Source of the DNA: Chlorokybus atmophyticus
Taxonomy: Eukaryota > Plantae > Mesostigma and Chlorokybus algae
DNA length: 64,000 bases
Direction of reading: 5' to 3'
Assembly (NCBI GenBank): GCA_009103225.1
Contig: RHPI01002048.1
Location: 757,036 to 821,035, forward strand
The translations under genes were made by a program, and so were the position numbers. Under the pieces are notes generated by a model that saw only the letters and a list, made by a program, of their open reading frames with translations, was not told the DNA's origin and ran no database searches. Shown here in pieces: positions 12,523 to 28,337 of this stretch. The stretch's first letter is position 1; each line of letters opens with the position of its first letter.

Positions 12523-15447
12523 ATGGCTGAGCGGGGAGATATGCCGGACGGTCCAATGACGCCGCGCGGTCTGCAGCAAAAGGCTCAGCAGGCGTTCCGC
12601 GACGGGGACTTCCAAAAGGTATGTTTAGCCAAACGTAGCAGCGATGAATGACTGCTATCAATGTGTGACAACTGAAAGCGCGCTGTAAGGCCGCATGATG
12701 TTACAAGATTACTGTCGTGAGCTCAAGCATGCAGCCGGCGCTGAGACCGACGACCAGTGTGCAGCATCAAGCATCAACACCCTGCCAATGTTGTTATTGT
12801 TGTCGTCATCGTTGTGTCGTATGTGTTCTTGGCATGGGTTTATTAAACTCGCATGCAGGGGGATGTGGGTTTAATCTTGTCATAGCTATGGATGCGAACA
12901 ACTAACCCTATGACGCAGGCGATAGATGTGTGCACACTAGCACTGCGATTGAGCCCAGCTGGACAACAGGAGGAGCTGTTGAGTTGCAGGTCAACGGCCT
13001 TTGCCAGGTCAGACAGCGCGCAATGCTTGTGAACATGTCTGAAACAAGGCTCCAAGCAGTTTGCATGATAAGCTACAAAACTTCTTTGCTGACCCTGTGT
13101 GTTCTGCCAGCTTGAGCAAACGCCTGCGCCGCATACCAGCAGCTCAGTCAGAGAACAGAGCACTTTACGGGCTGGATCCACTCTCATTAGCGCAGGTGAG
13201 CATGCTGCCTTGCAATGAGGGGGTTCCTTTTCTCACCCTGGCCTAACACTGCCTTGAATTTGCGAAGCTGGCTCTCAAGGATGCTGAGGTGGTTGTCAGG
13301 GATAACCCCAAGTCCCCGGATGGTTTTGCTTTGAAGGGCGCTGCGCACTTTCTGGTAAGCGATTGCGCATGTTTGAATGAGCATTGGGCACTGTGATTTC
13401 GGCGCAGCGCCCTGTGCTGAACCTAGCTGTATTACAGTTGGAACAGTACAATGAGGCTGAGGAAGCGTACTTGGCTGGACTGCAGCTCGACCCATCCAGG
13501 TGCGCATATGTCCTGCAAGCTTTGCTGGACAGTTGTCGGCTGAGGTGCTCCATAGCGAGTCAGGTCACCGGCCTCACGCTAGACAGTTCAGTGCGCAGTT
13601 ACAGGAGGGTGTGAAAGCATTGGATGCAGAGGGCGTTCGTAATGTTGGCAGCGCCACCAAACGGCCACGCATCGCACGATCTGATGAGTTTGATTGCACA
13701 GTCTGCTTGAAATTGATGTAAGTGCCACACTGCCATTGCTTCCACATGAGTTGCTGGCGGCATTATGTGACAGCTTCATGCTATTGTAGGTATGAGCCAG
13801 TAACAACACCATGCGGGCACAGCTTTTGCCGTGCATGCCTTGCCCGGTCTATGGATGGTGAGTGTGAACGCTCTCAGTCAATTCAATTTGTTCAGAGGTT
13901 GCACGAACTCCAACCTCACGTGTGCAACTGCTGCAGGCAACAACAGGTGCCCTATGTGCCGTACTGTGTTATTTGTTACTGCACGTAGTCATCCTGTAAG
14001 GTAGGTACCAGCTTGGTATCGCGTTTGGCTGGCCTTCAGCTGGGACAGCCTCACAGCTGTGCTGTTGTCGTCGTGAACGCTTTTCCGTATGACTAATGCA
14101 AGTTGTGATACCAAGGTGGTGTTGTGCAGCGTGTCACTTCAAAACATCCTGGAAAAGACGTTCCCACAGGAGTATGAGGAACGCCGCGCTGAGATGAGTG
14201 CGGTTGAGGCCTGCGAAGCACAGGTGCCGGGTTGTCCGTGACATTGTTGCATGCAACAGCTAACACCGATCGTGATGCAGACAATTGCTGTGTTCGTCAT
14301 GGACGTCGTACTCCCTGGCCAGAAGATGGCGTTAAACATCTTTGAGCCAAGATACAGGCTTATGGTTAGTTGCACACCGAGGGTAATTGAGTTTTCAACA
14401 CATTTGGTGTCACAACTAACAAGTGCTCGCTTTGGCCGGCCAGATACGCCGCTGCATGGAGGGCAACAGGCGGTTCGCTATGGTAAGCTTGGGGCGCGTT
14501 GTTGCTGGTTGAGCTAGCAGATATTGACCAACGCTTTGGAGCAACTTGCAGGCGGGCTATGAACCTCGCGCACATGAACCTGCGGATGTTGCATGCGAAG
14601 TTGAGATTGTTGAGTGTGCTCCGCTTCCAGATGGCCGTATTCTTTTAGAGGTGGTAGGCAGGAGACGCTTCAGGGCACAAAGATACTGGGAGCAGGATGG
14701 GTAGGCGTGGTTACATGAATGCCGCACATCTATGATATGGTGGATATTGGACAGCAGGACAGCAGGTAGACTAAGCACATGCTGGCTACAGGTATCGCAT
14801 GGCCGAAGCAGTATGGTTCAAGGATGACGATATGGATCCCGCTGAAGCAGAAGAGGTTGTGCAGTGTCTCTAATGTGATCCGGATATGATGCAGTCATTG
14901 CTGATAATTTCAGTGTGCCACAGGTAGAGGAGCTCGCAAAGCAAGCTGAGCAATTAGCGCAGCGATGGATAGAGCGGCTGAGAGCTGCAGCCAGTGGTAC
15001 GTTTTTGCCGATTCAGTAGAATTAGCTCATGGAAGCTACACTCACACGTGCTGCCATCCAGGGCGACAAACGGTGCGGTTGGTTGAGCTCTTGGGAAGAG
15101 CAGGAGAGATGCCTCCACGAACTCAATACGACGCGTTCAGTTTTTGGGTGAGAGATTGTCTATGGACTGCATCCGGAAGGCCTACTTCTTCCGCTCCATG
15201 CCTGACTGTACATGCTGCCACAGGTCGCCAACTTGCTGCCGATTGAGACCAATGACCGCATGTCGCTGCTGCGCATGACATCAACAAAGCAGGTGCGTCT
15301 TATGCCACTGTGCATATGCTCGTGACACTCCAGCACATGTGTTAAGATGCATTCACGACCGCATCTCGCTATCCGCAGAGACTAGCTTGGGAAGCGGAGC
15401 TTCTGAGCCATGGCGACTTGCAAACCGGCACTTGCAGCATTCAGTAG
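12523..15447 (+). CDS. TPR + RING finger + LON (PUA-like) domain protein, LONRF-like
   Basis: Exons give QQAFRDGDFQK, EAEEAYLAGLQLDP (TPR), FDCTVCLKLM/YEPVTTPCGHSFCRACLARSMD/NRCPMCR (C3HC4 RING), VFVMDVVLPGQKMALNIFEPRYRLM (LON); last exon ends ...TCSIQ*. Confidence 0.9.
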
Positions 15448-16624
15448 CTGTAAGTGTATTTCTGCATCTTTGCATCCAGAAAGTTGGTGATGCCATGCTG
15501 CCATTGTAGTTGGCTAGTTACACCAAATTACATCCATTGGACTGTATAGCTGCTTGTCGCTGTTTTTTTGATTCTTGCATAGAGTTTGCTCCTAGGGGTA
15601 GTTCTTCCTGTTGTTTGTAGATGTTGTTAGTGCTCACACGTGGGCAGCTTTAGGCCTTCACCTGCTAGCAATAAGTGCTTTTCGTTACAATAAAACTTGT
15701 GGCCATGTTTTGATAACTGTCTTGGTTTGTGCTTGCAATGAATGCACAGGCTTTAAGTTGCAAGGCGGCATGAATCAAAGATATCATTGGTGTGTATGCG
15801 TGGTGCTGCATTACGCATGCTGACATATATGCGCACTCGGTTGCTACACATGTTACAGTCACATGCACACGCACAAAGCATTCACCATTATCATCATATT
15901 TACACCACCACCGCCAGGCTATGTGCTCTACCTACTCAGTCTAGCTACCCTCTACATGCACAGCCCCAAACAAGCAGCTGTATAGATTGCACGTGTGCTG
16001 GTACGCCCTTTGACAACTTACAATTTCTTAACCTCGTCCCCCCCTCAAGCCAACCACATGGAGTGCATGTGTAGTAAATAAGCTGTGCCACACATGCCCA
16101 ACCATGTTGTCACATTTGCACACAATAGCCAAGCATACAGGCAACAAGATGTATAACTACTGCATGCCGTAAGCTATGTCATGCGCCTTCTATGAGCACA
16201 CAGTTTACGGCCTTGGTAACTTTGTCTTGCAACTGGCGTGCAATTGCTGTGGACTCATCGCTCATTATTCCCTGAATTGCTTGTGCACATGCATGTGTCG
16301 CGAGTGTGATGTTGTGTGCTTTGTTAGCGAGCAACACGTACCAGAATTGCATATGTACATACAGGCAATGTCTTGTGAGATGACCCGCACACAGTGTTGC
16401 GTGTATAGGGTACAGAATATGCACGTGATGTATGCAACATGCACGACACATGCATCGACACTTAACCACAACCACACTCACCTTTATCACGACCGGGTAT
16501 ACATCACAATGGCAATCAGCACTTGGATACCCATACACTGATACAAACATCAGAAGAGTAAGCAGGGCAGGGGCACCTTGATAGCAATTGCTCCTGGGGC
16601 CTTCTGACTCACTTACAGGTTGAT

Positions 16625-16625
<1 letters not shown>

Positions 16626-16716
<91 letters not shown>
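16626..16716. repeat. (CA)n microsatellite, about 45 units
   Basis: Perfect CA run read directly. Confidence 0.98.
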
Positions 16717-16718
<2 letters not shown>

Positions 16719-17647
16719 GCGTGCACACGCGTGCACACATGCACACGCAGCCAGCCAAGCACGTAATCATCAGGGGTAGTACAACGCACTTAAGGGTATT
16801 TCGTTGAACATTCTTTGTAACAAACATACACATGCCCGCTGTTACTACATACAGTTACACAGTCGTATAAAGCTGAGATATGCAAACAAGTGCTTAACAA
16901 CCACAATAAACACAGGCACGGACATCAACTCAAAAACCAAATGTGGGGCTTATGGTCCCACTACACACTCATCATTCATCCTCGCGTGCTTGCATGTATG
17001 CCTGCCAGACCATGCCCACGTGCAAGAAATTGAAAACCGGTTGTGCTCTAGGTGTTTTATGCACCACCCTCTCTCAGTCCTTTGTCACACATTCATGACT
17101 CAAGCCACTTGTTCGCAGTTGTTATCAAACGTTCGTCGAGTTGCAACACTGACTGTAATGGTGTGCACTCATCCTCATGGTTGTTTGGCGTGAGGTGTGG
17201 GCCAGCCCTTGGCTGCCCTTGCTATTGCCTGTGCTTTGCTGCTGCTGCTGCTGCTGCATGAGAACCCGACGCATGTGTACCAAAGATGCAACGGGGATTC
17301 TGCTCATTTGACGGTGTGAGCATGTGAGCATAGCATACGCATGGCACAAAGCACGTTGCTTGAGCTTGCATATGCAGTTGCAACCAATACCACCGTTCGT
17401 CAAATCGATACGAGTGTTGTGCATAACCTTGCGTGTGCCTAGCTCTCCCCAACACGATGATGTGGTATCACTTGCCTTGGGTTCCAACATAGCCCCCATC
17501 TCATAAACAGAAATTCAATAAGCAACAAAGATATAGCGCAGCATTAGGAGACCGTCATTATCAAGTTTCATGATGTCCATGTCCACCTTACGTCAGCCAC
17601 ACCAGGTTGCATCTCATATTGACTGCGCATGTCATGCGTGCAACACC

Positions 17648-20600
17648 CTAATGTGCGGCTGTGTAACCTTCCGGCAACTCGCCCGCATCTACGATCACTG
17701 GAGCATACTGCAAGCCAGCCCACATAAACCAGTCAGCTCGGAAACATACACATAACCATCAACGCTGTGGCTGTGCATGCTTGCTAGCACACATGTCGCA
17801 CCTCGTCATCTTCTTCTAACATCTGAGGGGTAGAAAGGTTCCACCCAAGAGTTGCTTCCAACAGTTTACAGAGCTTTGAAAGCTGCACAAAGACAAGGTG
17901 GGTTGCAATGCGCTTTTCGCAACATACACACCACCGTGCGCAACTGCCTCACCTCTGCGGTAAGCGCTGTCGGTACCACAGCTGCGTCACGCATCGCCAT
18001 CATGAAATTCTGCAGACCCGAACTGATGAAGCACAAGCAAAAGCACAACCACCAAATACAGCTCACGCACGCACGCAAGCACGCAAAGACGTTGCACAAT
18101 ACTCACAGCATACACAGGCACAGAGCTCACCGTCAGCAACACGCGCAAAAACTCCACATCGTCCGTTTCCGTGAGCCAGATGTCAAAGGCGGAGAGGCTC
18201 TGTTCACTGCCGTGCCGAGCACGTTCACCACGGAGCGCCACATGCAGCTGCGCGCGCAGCACTTGCAACAACTGGCAGGCGAGAGAAGGAAGGGATGAGA
18301 GGTTGGCCACTCAGGTGCATGCACTCACACCAGTATCTATGACTTGACCGCAAATATGTGTACCTTGATGAATAGCGCTGAGTGGGATTGTAAGGGCTGC
18401 GCATATGTCAACACAGTCTGTGAGTTGACGAGCACTGCAATACTGGAGTAGCAGGCATGCACATGTGCGGTGTTTTCATGGTGGTGCAAGAGTATTTGAT
18501 TGTTGGGGGGGTACAATTCCTTACCGCATCAAAGCAGGCCAAAGTGAGGTGCAGCAGCGCTTTCCATTGGCCAAAAGCTTCCAAGGATTGACCAAACTGC
18601 ACCAACAGGTTGAGTGCTGAGCCATACATGTGAGGGCCCATAAGATGGCAACGATGGGGTACATGTCATCATACCAGGAAACCGATGAACGCAAACTGAA
18701 GCTCCCCAAGCAGCATGCTCTCGTCCCCTCCATACCTGTCCCGTAAGACGTCCGCAAGCACAGTGCTCTGTATTAAAGAAACAAACAAGCAGCTTAGACA
18801 CACACCGTGTTCATGCGCTTGTGACTTGAAATTCCAACACACTCGCAGCACGCGCACATGCTCGCACGTGCGCACGCACGTGTACACGCAAGCCCACAGC
18901 CATGCATACGCACACGCGTACCCACACACACGGACACGAACACGCACACCTTGTCCAGGTTGAGTGCTGTCACTTCAGCCGCAGTCGCCCCCTTGCGCGT
19001 CACTCGTCTCGGCAGGTGCGTGTAGAAGCATCTCCCGCTCCCGCCAGCACGTTCACTCCCGTCATCCGTCTCCATCTTCTCCTCGTCGTCAGTCTCCATA
19101 CGCTCCACATCACTCAACTCACCACTCGTCGTCGCTTGCTGCTGGCCGGCCGGTGCAGCCGTACATCGAGAAGCCAGCTGCTCCTGCAGACGCGCTTCGG
19201 CGAGCGTGCGAGGGCGAGATGAATTGGGTTCGGGCTCCGAGGCTATGCTTATGACGCCACCTATGGGCTCTGCAAACAGCACGTATGGTTTGCCATTTGC
19301 CGCCATCAGCCTTGGATGATGATCGTTCCTGCTGTGACTGCCCCAACTATGTGTGCTACTCATGTACCATACAATGATCATACGGTAGTGACATGAACAT
19401 ACACATGCTCACCTAGCCGTGAGATAAGGCCAGGTGAGATGTAGCTCGACAGCGTTCGCCACTCTTTGGTGCGGCTGAGGTCGTACGGACCGAGCCGCGC
19501 GTCAAACTCGAACCTGCGCACCGCAGCAACATGCCTCTCTTCCTGCACAAGTTTTTCGCGTGTCAACCCAACATCAGCGACAAGTGCAGTTGGTAACGAT
19601 GATTATAGCTGGGTTGTACTTCAGCAGGATCATTGAGTGGTACAAGTTTCTCGAGTTGCGCGTCCCACTTCCGCACAACCACCTGCGCACGACACCAACA
19701 CACACACATCTCATAAGCACCACTTCCAACACAACCCAACACTACATTGCACATCGCCATGTGAGACAACAAGTCTGTTCGTGCACCTGTCCGGGGGCGA
19801 GGTGCACGAAGAACGCTTCGGGGTATGGCGCGACGGAGGCGTGGGCGGGGTTGGAGTTGGCTGCGGTGTATGAGAGAAAATGTGCACCGGGCGGCAGCAT
19901 CTTCACGCCTGAAAACTGGGGGCCGACACGGTAGCCCTGCTGATCGAGGCCGAGCTGGGTACCCGCAGGAACCTGTGTGGATGAAACGTGTGCGTGCGTG
20001 TGTGCATGTGTGTGCACACATGCGCTTGCGCATGCGTGCATGCATGCGCGCGTAGGCATTTGCTTGTGCAGGAATGTGCACGTGTGTGCACATGAGTATG
20101 TGTGTTGCCATACCAATGACGGCTGCTACTGCTACACATTTGTTGCTGTAACAGTGATGCCGTCATTCCACTACCATTGAAGGCACTTAACGCTTATCGA
20201 AAAATGGGTCGCCAGCTGGCATTCAAGAAGCGTAGAAACCTTGACAATCACTGCCTTCGTTACACGCTTTGGTACTCGCATGTCAACATAGGTATGTGTG
20301 TCTCGTGCGCATGCAAGCACAAGCGGGCACGACTAACACGCATGCGCACAAGGCCACATTGAAACACATCACACCAACTGGTTCCACGGCGGCTATATCC
20401 CCAGCACAGAAGTTGTTGGAGATACTAGTAGTGTTTTCACAAGTACACACAGCACACGTCTTCTGTGCAAACAGCAAAGCCGGACAAACAAAACCAATTC
20501 AGCTGAGTTCTACAACACCCGTGAAAAAGTATGAAAACACAAGCGACGAAACGGAACCAAGCTGAACGACGGCACACCACAATGTGTCTTGACACCACTG

Positions 20601-20773
20601 CAATAAGTCGGTACAACGGTAACGACAGCAATGGATGCACTACAGCGCACACTCACGTCCAGCAGCAGCAGTGTTCCCCCTTGCTCCGCCAGCGCCCTCG
20701 CCTTCTCTGGGCTCAGCTCCACGCGGTACGGCGCTATTGGCGACGGTGAAGGCAACGACGAGGAAGACGCCAT
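17648..20773 (-). CDS. AAR2: AAR2 U5 snRNP assembly factor
   Basis: GGTLLLLDV/PAGTQLGLD..VGPQFSGVKMLPPGAHF, FEFDARLGPY, LLGELQFAFIGFL, QSLEAFGQWKALL; last exon YAPVIVD...*. Confidence 0.92.
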
Positions 20774-20794
20774 CGCTATCACGCCGCCGAGCCA

Positions 20795-20825
<31 letters not shown>

Positions 20826-21477
20826 CTGTTTGCTCCTGCTACTTGGCCTACTTTCTCTCTACTCCTACGTGGCGTGCAGTTTCTTGCATCCAACTCTGTT
20901 GAGCAACTATGACTGTTTACTGGCTGCTGTTACTGTTGTTATCGTCGTTGGTTCTGCTGTTGGAGCAGTATTCATCATGTTGTGGTGCATCCAAGCTTGG
21001 GGTGGACACTGATAGCGTAAGTTATGGTGGTTGCTTGTGGCTGTGCTGCACAAGAGTATGCAATGTGTGGTGTGCGTATCCTTGCTTTGTGGCCCCTTTC
21101 TCTATATCATCGTATACATCAACCAGCATGCAAGTTCTGGCACAGCAGCGCAGTAACCTTTGGTCATGTGAATCTTGTTTCTTTGCACTCTCCGGACAAC
21201 ACAAGAGTTGCATTGAGCAAGTTGCATACTGGTTATGCGCGGTGACACATGCTGCCAACAATATCGTTTTTGGCTTGAGGAGTCTCACATGCGTGTCGCA
21301 ATGTCCAACAAGCACCATGCCAACAACGTCAACAGAATAATAGAAACTAGACATATTTGTTATTCACTTCTCTACTCTGTAGCAACCGGAGTAAATCACA
21401 CAACTCCAGTTGGTCATATTCTCTATCAAAACTGTGTTGCACCATAAGTGTGCACGACGGGTACTGCTTCTCCTCTC

Positions 21478-23982
21478 TTAGGTTGGCGGGTAGTAGGCAA
21501 CGTTGGATGAGACGCGACAGATACCGCTGTACTTGTCCGCGGGGTCCTGCTCATAAAGAACAAGCATGCGTTGACACAACAGCACGTTGATAGCGGTAAC
21601 AACAACAACAATGACAAGAGCAACAACAACAAGAAGAAAAGCACAGTAGCAGCCGCCACAAAAACAACAACCACAGCAGGAACTCACCGTTCGAATGCAG
21701 TCGAGCATGGCGCCGCACAGCTGTGGCGGGGCGCAGCACGGGTCCGCAAAGCACGCTTCCCCAGCCTAGCCACAAACATAATTTTCATTGCTGCTGATGC
21801 AACTGCTGTTGACTTCCAATCGACATGTGCTGCTTCTGTGTGACCTCACCTTGGAGAAAGGCACGCACTGGCTGAACTGGTTCGTCGTGACGTGGTACAG
21901 CGAGCAGAATGTGTTCACGGGGCAGTCGGCGTCCGTGAGACACTACGCAAAACAAAACAACCCGTGTCACATACCCTTCCAACATGGATGCCAAACACAG
22001 CCCATCAGCTCGCTGTGGACGATGCTTGATCATGAAACACAACCCTCTCCTTCTTACCAAGTTGGCCATCGTGCACGAGTCGCTGTAGAAACACTTGGCC
22101 TTGTTGTTGTGACACACGCAGCCTTTGCACCCATCAGCAAACGCCTGCACCACAGATGTTGGTTTATGATACCAACACCTTGATCATCGTGCAACTTGAA
22201 TCCGACACATATATACACATGTCCACATGTTCACACCTGGCCTTGCTGGTACACCACGCCGTTGTGGAGGCACCCGCCGCAGATCTTGGTGTTGACCAAA
22301 GGCGGCGCGCTGGACAGCAGGCAAGATGTGCCGGGCCGGCAGTCCTCGTCAAGATTGCAGCTGGCGCCGGGCCGCGCCAGCTGTTGAGTTGGGAACAACG
22401 AGTCAGTAACCGTGTTGCAAGGTGTGTGTGTTGTGCGAGCTGTGTGTGCAATATGCCATGTGTGCATCTTACCAAACTGTGTGTGCGTATGCATGCGCGC
22501 GTGTGCGCATGTGTGTGCGCGTGTGCGCATGTGTGTGCGTGTGGGGAGGGGTGGTGAAAAACGTGTGTGACACGCACGCACCTTGACACATGTGCCAGTG
22601 ACGTTGTCGTAGTTTTCAAAGATACCACACCCAAAAGGCTTTGTCTGAATGCAGTCAACAATCACAAAACCCTGCGAAAGGCAGACATAATCAGTATCAA
22701 CCACCCCTACACACCAACACGTGCGCGCACACGCACACCCACACACGCATGATATCGACCTGTGCGTCGAAAAATTCGGGCGTGCACTTGTTGCATCGCT
22801 GCAACGAGCACTTGCGGTAGCCTTTGGCGGCACAGGTGCCGGTCACGGCGGGCGAGCACGGGTTGGGCGCGCAGTCTATCGCGTCGGGGAGAGGCGCGTC
22901 CAGCAGCGTGACGCCATCGTTCACGCACTAACCACACACAATCAAACCCGGAGTCATTTGGCCTGAGTACCATAGCTATGCTATCGTGCAACGTTTGCAC
23001 GTGACATTTACGACCAAATGCAACACAACATATGGCAGCCCGCCTGTCCTAAATGAGCAACAGATTGCTAAAACAATGCGTTGTTCGCACACGGACAAGC
23101 AGTCAATGCATTCAAGATGAGATGACAGCTGTAAGCACTGCATGATATCACATGGTGCATGCATAGGGTGTGCATAGCATGCGATTACACAACACATGAA
23201 CAAGATGCAAGAGTTTGCATGTGCGCTCATTCACTTGCGGGCGTGATGAGGGGCATTTTGAGTCCCGCGTGGCGAGGAAGTGCTGCGCTTCAGAATCGAC
23301 GGAGGGGAAGCGAGCGGCGTAGCTGCTGCACCCGTTGCTGGAGAGCGACTTCTTGTCGGCACTGAGGCTGCCGGAGAGGAGGTACACGCCCAGGCCGGTG
23401 ATGCTCGTACCCGTGTAGGTGAGCTCAGTCTGCATGGGTAAGTGGGATAAGGTGTGTGTGTGTGTGAAGTGTCAGTTCGGTTAATTAGCATGCATAACAC
23501 GTGTGCATGTGGTCGTGCGTGCATGTGTGCTTGTGCATATGTGCGTGTGTATGTGTGCATGCGCATGTATGGGAGGGAATGGCATGGCAACGAGCAAGCC
23601 TTGCCTGCAATGGCAAGCAGCCCTTGTAACTGGCGACCACTACGCCCTTGTACTTGTTGCCTCCAAGAGCTGAGACAGGCACACAGCACGCTTTCAACTA
23701 GACCAAGACATGTGTTTGAGCACAATGCAACTTCTGCTACAATACATGCATTGCCAAGAGACCCCAAACTGATCCAGACTGACGGCCTGCCCAGACTATG
23801 CTTGTACAACAAACACCTTGCTGGATGTTGAGCCGGACCAGGATCTCCTCCGAGGCTGTGTTCCAAGCGGACTCGACGGTGGCCTTTCTCCTGCACGAGA
23901 CACCGTCTACCGCTGAGACTGACGACGCCAGGACAGCCACCACCACGAGGCACGCCAACAACACCGCCGCCGCCGCCGCCAT
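21478..23982 (-). CDS. Secreted cysteine-rich protein of unknown function
   Basis: Signal peptide MAAAAAVLLACLVVVAVLASSVSA; spliced exons with CAPNPCSP, CNLDEDCRPGTSC, DADCPVNTFC; ends ...NVAYYPPT*. Confidence 0.75.
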
Positions 23983-24751
23983 AATGGAGGAACATAAATG
24001 ACATGGACAGGCCGACGCTTCTTGAATTACAATATGTACCATCATCCAAATGCGCTTACGCATCGCCTTTTGGTACTTTTGGTGAACCACAAAACCGCGT
24101 GCAGTAGTACGGTTCCCGTGAACGACGCGTGTCGTACAAGCCTCGTGATGGTGCTTTCAAGCCGGTCCTAAAACGACAAAGCCGAGACCTTGCGCGCGAC
24201 GACCGGCTGTAGGCAGAGACAGCTGCCAGTATCTGGTGTTTTCGTGCCGGTCAGCCGCCGGAGACTTTGTATGCCAGCACGCGCCGGCGACGTGCATTGC
24301 GGCTCGCAAATTGCGAGCCGGTCGGGTGGTCAGTATTGCAACTGGCATTGCCGGTAGTGTCGTACGATGTAAGCCGGTCACGGGCGTACTGGCATTCCCA
24401 ACGACGTGCCGCCAGTAATGCCAGTATGCTTTCCCTCGCAGTGTCTGCAGTGTGTTCTGTGCCGGTGTTACTGCTCACAGACTGCAAATCGCAGGTGCGA
24501 GACCTTGCTTGCAGTGTAGGTTGCGCAGGTAGAAGAACACGTCTCATAGACTACGAAAGTTTTGCAATATGTCAAGCAAGCCTCATGTATGCATCCGCAG
24601 ACATGAACACAAACACTGGCATGCCGATTCACACTTGCGGGATGCTTAATCAACCTGTAATGCGAGCTGGGTATGCCAACAAAGTAGTATGTACAAGGCC
24701 GCCGTAAGAAGGCAATAAACGACTGTTGAGCCTTCCTGATTGACTATTTAC

Positions 24752-26908
<2,157 letters not shown>

Positions 26909-27140
26909 GCTAGTCCTCACCGCCGCCGTTAAGCACGTATTACCCCGCAGTTATGAACAGTCTCTGGAGTGATTCAATGAACTTGGTGACGCCCTGGATC
27001 AGTGAATCGGATTAGTTCATGCAACAGCACTGCTGTTTCCCGTTAAGTTGGGACAGTGAACTCAATTGCAGGCACTGAAACCCTAACTAGCCCTAACGCC
27101 AGAGGTGGTGTTGCTGGCGCTGCCCGCGGCGGCGGCGGCG

Positions 27141-27641
27141 ATGGCGTCCGGGTTCGGGGTGAAAGGTGGGAAGGGGAGGTGCTACGGACTATGGATGGAG
27201 TTCTCCGGGTGCATGGCGTCCTGCGAGACGCCTGGCCAGTGCCGAGACCTCCGGGAAGATTACCTGGAATGCCTTCACCACAGAAAAGAGGTTGGTAGCA
27301 GATGGCATGATCAATTTCAGCACCGTGGTGCTAAATTTGAATCATCATCATCATCAATGCTTGATTTCTGTGTGCACGTTACCTCAACACTGTGTGTTAC
27401 TTGCCATCAGATGGATCTCAGATTTTCCTGTTGTGAGTCTGGAATTGTGTCAATGTCAGTTGGGCTGCATGAATGCGCTTTCAACATGTGTGATTCATTA
27501 GCCAATTGTTGACTTGTATAAATGCGTTATTAGTTCCAACGCATCAACACCATCAACCTGGAAGCGGAGAAGCAGTTTGAGGAGCGCAAGAAGCAGATAT
27601 TCGACGAACTCAAAGAGAAGTGGCGTAACAAGTACAGATGA
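27141..27641 (+). CDS. NDUFS5: NADH:ubiquinone oxidoreductase 15 kDa subunit (NDUFS5), 2 exons
   Basis: MASGFGVKGGKGRCYGLWMEFSGCM..CRDLREDYLECLHHRKE (twin CX9C) + FQRINTINLEAEKQ...KYR*. Confidence 0.92.
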
Positions 27642-28337
27642 CTGCCTGTGTGTAGCTGTCTCTCCTCCCCATTGTACACGCCCTTTGTGACTGCGCAAGC
27701 CATTTGAGTTGTTAGCTGTTGAAGTTGCTGCTACCGTCATGCAGCGTTGACAACTCCCGTACCAGATTGAACTGTTTGTGCACACGCACACATTTATGAG
27801 TACCAGTGGCAACTTACCACAAGCATTGCGTTGCCATCAGGTTATTTTGTCCAGCGCTTGCTGTTGGTATGCGCTGCATGACTTGCATTGGCTTGTTCAA
27901 AAGTAACTTGGCTGTATACAAGCGATGATCGTTGTTTGCACACATATATCTCACACACTTCACAGTAGAATGTCTTTTCATATAGCAAATTGTGCGATAA
28001 CCCAGTTGAGTTGGGGAACATGGCATGCACAACGACATTTCAACATCTGGTCATGCTGGCAATATAAAGTGTAAGGCAGCAATGACTACAAGTATCAGGG
28101 TGACTGCGCATGTAATACTGTGAACTTCTTTGCTGGCAGTCTGCATGTGCAACCAATGCTGCTATGGAATGTAGTGCACTCATGTGGCATGAATGTTAAT
28201 TCAACAGCAGTGTCAGTCGCATTCTGTTTCCTCTATGATGTAAAATAAACGCTACGCACGCTAGCCTAATTGAAGACCTGCACGAAAGTCAACTATGACA
28301 GTATTCGCACCTGTGGTACACTGGCGACCACACAGTC

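Noticed and set aside
16179-16833. ORFs with long CVCVCV runs
   Set aside because: Translation of the (CA)n microsatellite, not credible proteins.
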